This document shows positions 1 to 8,500 of a stretch of DNA of 26,555 bases, piece after piece. The stretch is from IMG/VR virus record IMGVR_UViG_3300032324_000072, positions 1-26,555 of that record; one strand, 5' to 3'. The stretch is from a virus (lineage: Duplodnaviria > Caudoviricetes). Both the position numbers and the translations under genes were made by a program. Within the stretch, counting starts at the first letter, position 1. The number at the start of each line of letters is the position of its first letter. The notes under the pieces are model-generated. The model was given only the letters and a program-made list of their open reading frames with translations, searched no databases and was not told the DNA's origin.

Positions 1-822
1 GAGGCTACACTAAACTCATTACAGTTTACTGGTACAAACGACGTATTTGCCTTACAAGAAATTGGCGACAATATGTCTATTATTGGTCCACGCGCTGTAA
101 CTATTGTTAACAACATGGCCTTCTGGATGGGGCATGATAAGTTTTATGTATATACAGGACGCGTAGAAACCCTACCCTGCACACTACGTAACCACGTATT
201 TACTAATATTAACTACAATCAAGTTGACCAGATTATAGCTGGTACTAACGAGGGTTGGAACGAAGTCTGGTGGATGTACCCAACGGCTGACTCAAACTAT
301 AACAACGCATATGTTATATACAACCACCTAGAAAGAATCTGGTATTACGGCACTATTGAACGTACTGCTTGGCTAGATAGCCCACTACGGGATACTCCAC
401 AAGCTATATTTGCTGACAACATAAATGAGTTGAGCTATTTATATAACCATGAGTCCGGCACTAACGACGACACGTTACCAATGACTGCGTATATACAATC
501 TTCTGACTTTGATTTGATGGAAGGCGACCAGCTTGTATTAACACGTCGTATGATTCCTGACGTTAACTTTGAAGGCTCTACAGCTACTAGCCCAGAAGCT
601 AATTTTATTATTCGACCACGTAACTTCCCTGGGTCTAGTTTTTACTCAAACGCCACCAATACACAGCGTGTTATTCAAACTACGGTTAATCAGTTTACCG
701 ACCAGGTATTTATGAGAGCCCGTGCTCGTCAGCTTGCGTTAAAGATTGAATCTACTGGTTTAAATACACAATGGCAATTAGGTAGCCCACGTCTTGATAT
801 GCGTCCGGATGGTAAGAAATGA
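1..822 (+). CDS. Tail/packaged-DNA stabilisation protein (P22 gp10-like beta-propeller), 5'-truncated
   Basis: Frame is open from base 1 (GAG GCT ACA ... AAT ATG), so the ATG at 73 is internal; aromatic beta-rich sequence (NEVWWMYP, YVIYNHLERIWYYG, RARARQLALKIES, WQLG); lies upstream of the internal virion genes. Confidence 0.7.
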   Translation, partial: EATLNSLQFTGTNDVFALQEIGDNMSIIGPRAVTIVNNMAFWMGHDKFYVYTGRVETLPCTLRNHVFTNINYNQVDQIIAGTNEGWNEVWWMYPTADSNYNNAYVIYNHLERIWYYGTIERTAWLDSPLRDTPQAIFADNINELSYLYNHESGTNDDTLPMTAYIQSSDFDLMEGDQLVLTRRMIPDVNFEGSTATSPEANFIIRPRNFPGSSFYSNATNTQRVIQTTVNQFTDQVFMRARARQLALKIESTGLNTQWQLGSPRLDMRPDGKK

Positions 823-1157
823 CGATTAAAAAGTTCGTTGCCCCAGCACTGCCATCTGCGCCGTTTGAATACGACCATCGTAGGGATGACCAACTTAACC
901 AGAATTTACGTATCTATTTTAATAACTTAGATGCCTTTTTAGTAGCCATATCTACACCACAGAACGGTACAACAGCTAACAGACCTACACAAAACTTGCA
1001 GATTGGGCAGTTTTATTTTGATACAACTCTTGGCTATCCTGTTTGGTGGGATGGCGAATATTGGGTAGATGCTCTAGGGCACCATCCAGTAAGCGCGTTA
1101 GCTACAGGGTCAACAACAATAGGATTAACTGGAACAGTAACGGTTACAACAGTTTAA
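819..1157 (+). CDS. Small virion/tail protein (position of a P22 gp26-like gene)
   Basis: ATGA overlap with previous gene; GTTANRP...GQFYFDTTLGYPVWWDG..WVD motif typical of phage tail-associated proteins. Confidence 0.6.
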   Translation: MTIKKFVAPALPSAPFEYDHRRDDQLNQNLRIYFNNLDAFLVAISTPQNGTTANRPTQNLQIGQFYFDTTLGYPVWWDGEYWVDALGHHPVSALATGSTTIGLTGTVTVTTV

Positions 1158-1196
1158 TATGATAACATTCAACATAATTAACCCAGCGGGGCAAAA

Positions 1197-2618
1197 ATGA
1201 GCCTACACGTAGCAGCACAACACTTAGCATCTAAAGGTCGCGACGGCGACTCAATGCTTGTCCATATGTCTCCAGGCGAAGTAAAAGGCTTGCAAGCCCT
1301 TGCAATGGCTCATGGTGGCTCACTAAGTATTAACCCTGATACGGGTTTAGCCGAGGCTAGTTTTTTAAAGCGTATTTTGCCGACTATTGCTGGTATTGGT
1401 TTGAATTTAGCATTTCCTGGATTAGGGGCTTTAGCTACGGCAGGTATTGTTGGTGGTGGTACGGCTCTAGCTACAGGTGATATTAATAAAGGTTTAATGG
1501 CTGGTCTAGGTGCCTATGGTGGCGCGGGTATTGGTCAAGGTCTTGCAGCTGCTGGTGGAGCCCAAGCAGGTTTAGCATCCGGCGCTGAAGCTTTAGGAAC
1601 TACACCAGAACTTTTAGGCACTACTGAAGGCATGACAAATGCAATTTCATCTCCTAGCACTTATGTGGGTGAAGACGCTATGTACTCTAGCATGATTGAC
1701 CCTGCTAAACAACAGACTTTTGTAGACGCTTACACAAAGGGTGCAGCTACTCCAGAAACACTAGGTGGTAGATTTACTCAAATGGGGCAAGGTATAGGTC
1801 AATTAGGTACAGAAGGCGGAAGAGCCGCTGCTTATAACGCCCTACCAACTGGAACATTACCTTCACTTGGCGCAACAGCGCTTAATGCAATGACTCCAGA
1901 AGCACCCCCAATCCCTGGTGCTCCAGAGGAAGAAGAGCGTTACAAAGGCGCACCATACCGTTATAACTTATCGCCTAATTTTAGTGGGTATGTGCCAAGA
2001 CAACCAAAACCGTACTACACGCCTACTGGTTTAGGTTACGCTGAAGGTGGCGACGTTATGACAACTGCCGGTGGTGCTTACGAAGACGAACCTATGAGTG
2101 ATAACCCAGGCATGGCTGCTGGGGGTATTGCTGGATATGCGGCTGGCGGGTTAAAAATGAAGACTATGAGTCCTGGCGAAGGTATATATAGAGATACCGA
2201 CGAGGACACAGCTTCATTAGGTGCCTATGATGCAGCTATGAAACGCATGGAAAAACAGTATGCTGCAGCTAATCTAAAACCAAAAGAAATGCCTAAATCT
2301 GGTATTGCTAAGTTAGGTCAAATGAAAGCTATGGCTTCAGGTGGTTTAGGAGGTTACTCAGATGGTGGACGCATGCTTAAAGGTCCTGGTGATGGCATGT
2401 CTGACGATATCCCTGCCGTGATTGGTAAGAAGCAGCCAGCTAGATTAGCCGACGGTGAATTTGTTGTGCCTGCTGATGTTGTGTCTCATTTAGGTAACGG
2501 CTCTACAGATGCTGGTGCTAAGAAGCTTTACAGCATGATGGACAAAGTTAGACACGCCCGTACTGGCAAAAAGAAACAAGCCCCAGCAGTTAAAACAGAT
2601 AAATATATGCCCGCATGA
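1197..2618 (+). CDS. Gly/Ala-rich internal virion protein with N-terminal GRxGD..HxxPGE..INPxTGL motif and C-terminal GPGDGxSDDIPA..GEFVV motif
   Basis: 473-aa ORF; hydrophobic Gly-rich segment after the N-terminal motif; repeated xxxGG motifs; location among virion genes. Confidence 0.65.
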   Translation: MSLHVAAQHLASKGRDGDSMLVHMSPGEVKGLQALAMAHGGSLSINPDTGLAEASFLKRILPTIAGIGLNLAFPGLGALATAGIVGGGTALATGDINKGLMAGLGAYGGAGIGQGLAAAGGAQAGLASGAEALGTTPELLGTTEGMTNAISSPSTYVGEDAMYSSMIDPAKQQTFVDAYTKGAATPETLGGRFTQMGQGIGQLGTEGGRAAAYNALPTGTLPSLGATALNAMTPEAPPIPGAPEEEERYKGAPYRYNLSPNFSGYVPRQPKPYYTPTGLGYAEGGDVMTTAGGAYEDEPMSDNPGMAAGGIAGYAAGGLKMKTMSPGEGIYRDTDEDTASLGAYDAAMKRMEKQYAAANLKPKEMPKSGIAKLGQMKAMASGGLGGYSDGGRMLKGPGDGMSDDIPAVIGKKQPARLADGEFVVPADVVSHLGNGSTDAGAKKLYSMMDKVRHARTGKKKQAPAVKTDKYMPA

Positions 2619-3049
2619 TTGAAGTTTCTTTAGTACCCCGTGAATATGTTGATACTTGCTGGGATAAAATTGAGAGTTTCATAGCTAGAGCAGCAGAGTA
2701 TACTTATGGTAGATACACAGTTAGCAACATTTATGACCTTGTAAAAGAAGATGACTACCAGCTTTGGATTGCGTTTGACGGCCCAGTTTTTAAGGGTGCG
2801 GTAGTAACTAATATTATTACGTACCCACAGCGTAAATTGTTGGGTATGCAGTTTTGTGGCGGTGATGAGCTAGATACATGGAAAGAACCGATGCTAGCTC
2901 TTTTAAGAATGTTTGCCCGTGACTTAGGGTGTGAAGCAATTGAGTCGACAGGACGCCCAGGATGGGCTAAGATATTTCAGAATGATGGCTATAAGGCTAC
3001 TTGGGTAACTTACGAGTTACCACTAGATATGGAGAAAGACAATGGGTAA
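2615..3049 (+). CDS. GNAT-fold-like virion assembly protein (P22 gp14/T7 gp13 position)
   Basis: 144 aa, overlaps both neighbours; LWIAFDG..KGAVVT..FCGG..FARDLGCEAIESTGRPGWAK pattern fits the small phage acetyltransferase-like family found before ejection proteins. Confidence 0.6.
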   Translation: MIEVSLVPREYVDTCWDKIESFIARAAEYTYGRYTVSNIYDLVKEDDYQLWIAFDGPVFKGAVVTNIITYPQRKLLGMQFCGGDELDTWKEPMLALLRMFARDLGCEAIESTGRPGWAKIFQNDGYKATWVTYELPLDMEKDNG

Positions 3050-5537
3050 AGGCGGCGGCGGTGGTGGCGGTCCAACACAAACAACAGCATATCAGACTAA
3101 CTTACCTGAATACGCAAAACCGTATGTAATGAACATGCTGGGCGCTGCCCAAAATCAGTTGTTCACGACTACCCCAGGCACTGCTGGTGAGCCAGGCGAA
3201 ATCACAGGCTTTAAGCCATATACGCCATACTCAACTGACCCAACTCAATATTTTGCGGGCCCTTCTTCTTTACAGCGCGGTGTGTATAACGAAGCTGGTC
3301 AGATGCAAACTCCTGGACAATTCGGCGCTGCTACCGGTTTAGCTGGTATGGCTGGGCAAGGTCAACTAGGTACTGCTCAACAAGCTGGTATATACGGTGG
3401 TTTAGGCACTGCACTTGGTGCAGCTGGTGCTATGCAAGCTATGCCAGCTTTTGGTGCGGGGCAACAATACGCTAGTCAAGTAACTAATCCATCAGCATTC
3501 GGTGCATATATGTCACCGTATCAACAGCAAGTTACTGATATTGCTAAGATGAACGCTGTTCGTGAAGCGCAGTTAGCTGGACAACAAGCTAATTTGGGTG
3601 CAGCTCGTCAAGGTACTTATGGCGGCGCTCGTCAAGCTTTGATGGGTGCGGAGCGTGAAAAGAATTTATTGTCTAACCTATCTAATATCCAAGCACAGGG
3701 TTCTCAAGCAGCTTACGATAAGGCCATGCAGGCTCAGCAGTTTGGCGCTAACTTAGGTCTACAAGGTATTCAAACAGGTTTGCAAGGTGTTCAAACTGGT
3801 ATGCAAGGTATCGGTCAAGGACTTCAAGGTGTTGGTGCACAACAAGCTGGATATGCTGGTGCAGGTCAAGCTGCGTCTACTCTAGGTCAATTAGGTGGTG
3901 CACAGCAACAAGCCGACTTGGCTCGTATGGGTTTTCAACAGCAAACAGGAAAAGAACAACAAGCTTACCAACAAAACATCATCAACCAAGCTATTCAAGA
4001 TTACGCTACGGCGCAACAATATCCGTACATGCAGTTGTCAACAATGAGCAACTTGCTACGTGGTTTACCTATGCAGGGTATGTCTACTCAGCAGTACCAA
4101 GCTCAACCAAGTACTACACAACAGCTACTAGGTCTAGCAGGTACAGGCGCATCCCTATACGGTGCGTTTGGTAGAAAAGAAGGCGGAGCAATTAAAGAGT
4201 ACGCAGCTGGTGGAACAATTAGAGGCTTAGAGAACAAGATTGACGACATTGGCGATGCAAGTGGCGCTAAGGGTTTGCAAGCATTATTAGCCCAGACTAA
4301 GAGCCCACGCGCTAAAGAGTTAATCATGGAGCGCATGCGTGAAGAAGGCATTGCCGCAGCGCCGACTGGGAAACTGGGAACTAACATGGCTGGTGGCGGC
4401 ATCATTGCTTTTGAAGAAGGTGGCAGCACTTTAGATAAACTTAAAGACTTCTTTTATGCACGCGGCGATTTTGCTCCTGAAAAAAACCCCATGTCTGGGG
4501 CCTACAAAGGTGATAAGCCATTACAAGGTGAAGGCATACCTGGTTTATATAAACAGCGTAGAGAAGAAAAGCGCGCTAGAGCTGCAGATATTAAAGAACA
4601 AATGCGCTTAAACGCATTACAGCCTGAAGGTTTTGGTGAACCAATTGTACGTTCGGACGAAGACCCATATGGTGCAGCTAATTTAGCTCCTGGCGTAACT
4701 GAACCTCCAATAGTGGCTCCTGCGGCAAATCCAGCAAAAGCGGTTTCAACAACTACAGACACCGGTAAATCTACAGGTTTAGACGCAATTATTGAAGACC
4801 GTAGAAGACGCCTTGGTATAGATGGTCCTGGTGAAAAGAGCGAAGCCTTTATGAAAGCTTTGGAAGAGCGTCAAACTGGTTTAGGTAAACAAAACGAATC
4901 AGACCGCTACTTACGTATGGCTGAAGCGTTTTCTAAGTTTGGTTCTACTGCAGGTCCTATGCTAGGAGTAGCATCAGAAGCTCTTGGTGGTTTTGCTAAA
5001 GGCGAAGCTGCTGCTCGTAGAGACCAAGATAAGATGCAATTAGAAGGTATGAAAATGCAAGCCGACCTTGAGAAAGCTAGACGTGCTGAAGCTCGTGGTG
5101 ATTTAGACGCCGCCGAGAAATTCTATAGTAGCGCTGAAGACCGTAAGAATAGGCTTGAGACGGCAAATATTGGCGCAGCTGCTTCTGGACAAACTGCTCA
5201 ATTTAAGAAAGAAGCTATTGACCGCATAATGAAAGAAAAGGGCGTTGACTTTTCTACAGCCTTACGTGAGGTTGAAGGAGCTGGTAAAGCCGATACTATT
5301 GATATGCAGATTGCTAGTAAGGCATATGCCGCAGTTCAAGAATCTATAGCTGCTGGCGGTCCTAACTCTAGGAAATATAAAGATTTGATGAAAGAAGACC
5401 CAACTGGAGCTGCAGCTCAACAATTTGCAGCTAAGTTAGCTCAAGAACAAATTCGTGGCATGAGAGCTGCTATGGGTTTAGGTGGCGGTGGCGGTGGTGG
5501 TTCTGGTAAAGTAATAGACTTCGGCTCAATTAAATAA
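3042..5537 (+). CDS. DNA ejection/internal virion protein
   Basis: 831 aa; GGAG RBS; starts MGKGGGGGGGPTQTT..LPEYAKPY; Gln/Gly/Ala-rich N-half with YMSPYQQQV and GTYGGARQA; charged helical C-half. Confidence 0.7.
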   Translation: MGKGGGGGGGPTQTTAYQTNLPEYAKPYVMNMLGAAQNQLFTTTPGTAGEPGEITGFKPYTPYSTDPTQYFAGPSSLQRGVYNEAGQMQTPGQFGAATGLAGMAGQGQLGTAQQAGIYGGLGTALGAAGAMQAMPAFGAGQQYASQVTNPSAFGAYMSPYQQQVTDIAKMNAVREAQLAGQQANLGAARQGTYGGARQALMGAEREKNLLSNLSNIQAQGSQAAYDKAMQAQQFGANLGLQGIQTGLQGVQTGMQGIGQGLQGVGAQQAGYAGAGQAASTLGQLGGAQQQADLARMGFQQQTGKEQQAYQQNIINQAIQDYATAQQYPYMQLSTMSNLLRGLPMQGMSTQQYQAQPSTTQQLLGLAGTGASLYGAFGRKEGGAIKEYAAGGTIRGLENKIDDIGDASGAKGLQALLAQTKSPRAKELIMERMREEGIAAAPTGKLGTNMAGGGIIAFEEGGSTLDKLKDFFYARGDFAPEKNPMSGAYKGDKPLQGEGIPGLYKQRREEKRARAADIKEQMRLNALQPEGFGEPIVRSDEDPYGAANLAPGVTEPPIVAPAANPAKAVSTTTDTGKSTGLDAIIEDRRRRLGIDGPGEKSEAFMKALEERQTGLGKQNESDRYLRMAEAFSKFGSTAGPMLGVASEALGGFAKGEAAARRDQDKMQLEGMKMQADLEKARRAEARGDLDAAEKFYSSAEDRKNRLETANIGAAASGQTAQFKKEAIDRIMKEKGVDFSTALREVEGAGKADTIDMQIASKAYAAVQESIAAGGPNSRKYKDLMKEDPTGAAAQQFAAKLAQEQIRGMRAAMGLGGGGGGGSGKVIDFGSIK
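3756..3839 (+). repeat. Four degenerate 21-nt (7-aa) tandem repeats
   Basis: ggtctacaaggtattcaaaca / ggtttgcaaggtgttcaaact / ggtatgcaaggtatcggtcaa / ggacttcaaggtgttggtgca = GLQGIQT GLQGVQT GMQGIGQ GLQGVGA. Confidence 0.85.
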
Positions 5538-5546
5538 GGAAGCAGC

Positions 5547-8500
5547 ATGGCGTATAGCATCCGCTTACCCGACGGGACTCTCGTCGAGAATATTCCTGAC
5601 GACATGGACCCGGCTGTTGCTAAACAAAAAATCCTTTCTGCTTATCCAGACATAGGTAAACAAGTTGCGCCTGAAAAACCAGCGGATAATCGTCGCCCCG
5701 AAGATGTAGGCTTCTTTGAAGGTTTAGGGGCTGCAACTAAAAAAGGTTTTGAAGGTCTAGGAGACATTGCATCTGGTCTAGGCTTAGCTGGTACGTCAGT
5801 GCTTGGTTCTAGAGAAGACACTGCTAAGAAAATGGAAGCTATTAAAGCTGACCAAGCGGAACAAGCTAAAGGTACGCCGACGCTCACTGCAGCTGACATT
5901 CAACGTATTGCTGAAGAACGCGGTTTAGTTAAAGCTGGTACCCAAGTACCCGCATATATTGCAGAACAAATTTTACAAAGCGCGCCTCAAATGGCGATAC
6001 CTTTGGCAGTCGGTGCTGGTGCAGCTGCGTTATCTGGTCCTTTGGCCCCAATTGTTGGTCCAGTTGCTGGTATTGCTGCTTATGGTGTACAGCAGTTTGG
6101 TAACTTTTTAGTCCGTCAAGCACTAGCTAAGGACGACCCGGAAGAATTAGATTTGGCTAAAGCAGCTTTGACAGCTGGTGGTACTGCGCCGATTGGTTAT
6201 TTTGCAGACAGGTTTACTGTTGGTTTAAGTAGTATTGGTACTAAAAAAGCCATGTCAGAAGTTTATGCTGAGCTAGGTAAACGTGGTGTTGCAGGTGAAG
6301 TAGGTAAGCGTGCTGCTAAAGGTGCGGGTATTGGTATTATTGCAGAAGCGCCGACCGAAGTATTAGAGCAAGTCGCTGAGCGCTATCAGGCTGGTCTTCC
6401 TATTGGTATAGACGACGAAGAAGCTAAGAATGAATACATAGAAGCATTCTTTGGAGCTGCCGCTGCGGGTGGTGGTATTGGTGCTGGTGCTAAGACTATT
6501 GGCGGATACCGTGAATACCGTCAAGCAATTAAAGCTGAAGACGCTCTTGGTAAAGTACGTAGTGAAAAGAATGCTCTTGACGAAGCAGGAGAAGAAGATG
6601 CTGGAGTTGACACCGGAATTAATAAGCAAGGCGTTCCTATATCTGACCAACAAGAACTCGACATTGCCGCCGGAGTTAGAGATGCTGGACCTGGAGACTT
6701 GGAAGGAAATCAATTACCTCCTAGTCCAATTGGAGAGCGAGAAATCGCAATCAACAATCAACTAAAAAAACTAGACGAAAAGATATACGAAGCTAAAACT
6801 TATGCGCGACAGATGGCAGAAGTCAATAAAGACGACCCACGTATTGCAGAAGCATACGATGCTGTAGCACAGTTAGAACAACAAAAAGCACAAATAAAAG
6901 CGGCAACTCCTGAGCAGGCTGCCCCTCCTATACAAACTTTTAATGCACCAGGCCCTGAGCAAACTGGTTTTGAGTTTGGCGCAGCTGATGAAACTACGCA
7001 GCGTGCAATCGATACAGAGATGACCGAGACCCCTGGGTTTGCCCTAGCGCAAGAAACAGGTGCGGCTGCATTACCAAAGACAGACGTAACACCAATTGAA
7101 GAAGTTGTAGAAGAGCCTAAAGCTAAGATGATGCTTATCGGCGAAGGCGCTAATCCACTCGCTCCATTAAAGTCTTTCTTAAACAGCTTAAAGACAGCTA
7201 CTAATGCGCCGCAACAAGTGCGTGACTACAACGCCGAGATTAAGAACATGGTTGAGGACATCTCCGAGTTTATTGGGGAAACAACTAAACAGGTTGCTAG
7301 GTATAGGGCTAAAGACTCAAAAGGTAATTATATTGAGCCTCCACCAGTGCCACCTACAGGACCAGATGTAGCGGCACCAACGCCAGGAGTACAACGTAAC
7401 CAGCGTTTAAACTTTTTAGATAATTTCTTTAACGGCTTAAGTAATGCTCCAGCAGGACAAGAGAACTTAACCGGAACGTTGTCTCAACGCTTAGCAGGTA
7501 TGAACCTAAATGACCAGATGCAAGTTCTTGGTCAGTTAACTAAAGTGCCTAACATAAACACAGTTCGAGGTGTAAGGGATTTACGCGCCAAGCTTGGTGA
7601 AGCTATGGCTAAGTTTGAAGGTGAGAAGATTGGCGAGCCAGTAGAGAAAGCGGCTGTCTATAAAGGTGACGAAACTCAATCAACCGCAGTTAAACGTGCA
7701 ATTACCATCCTTAAGAACATACCGGCCAAACTACGCACCTCTCAAGAGAATGCAGCCATGACGTACTTTGAACGCTGGGGTTTTGCAATGGCTATGCGTT
7801 CGGCTGCGTTTGACATTGGCTCTAAACCTAATGACTTAATTGAAGGGCCTATATTTAAAGGCCAAAACAAAAACCAAGCTGAGTTATTCCAAGAGTGGGT
7901 TAAAGAAAACTTACCTGACGAATACAACAAGTTTGAAAACACGGTTAACGAATTTAAAGAGATGACCGCGCGTGCTGAGAAGTTAGAAGCCGATGCCGAG
8001 CGTGTAGCCAAAGGCCGTGGTGTGGTTGCAAGGGTTACACAACCAACAGGTAAGGTCAGTAAAGGTGACGGGTTTGAACCTAAAGCTGGTATCTCTAGAG
8101 TATTAGAGAAGATGGGTCCAACCCCGGTATCTAAGTTAGAAGCTAAACGTTTTTACCCAATGCACCCGGCAATGCAACAAGCAATAGCAGAAGGTAATCT
8201 TGACGTGGCTCTTGCTATTCTAGAGCGCTCAGGTAGCAAATTCTATTCCGGATTAGCTAGACGTCTACGTTCTTTAGGCTTGCAGACCGCTATTGTGTTT
8301 GACCAACAAAATGTATTAGCCGAACAGATATTAACCACAAATTACAAAGGCCAACTTGATACGGTATTTGCATTTGTGCAAGCAACTGATACAGCCTTGT
8401 TTAATGAATACTTTAGCAACCCAAGTGACTACGCTAAGGTTAAAGCTGGCTTAGATAAGATTACTGATAAGAGTATTGAAGGCCAAGTAGAACAACTTAA

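Noticed and set aside
1158-1170. TATGAT or extended -10 TGATAACAT upstream of the 473-aa gene
   Set aside because: AT-rich spacer with no clear -35 and no second copy to define a late promoter
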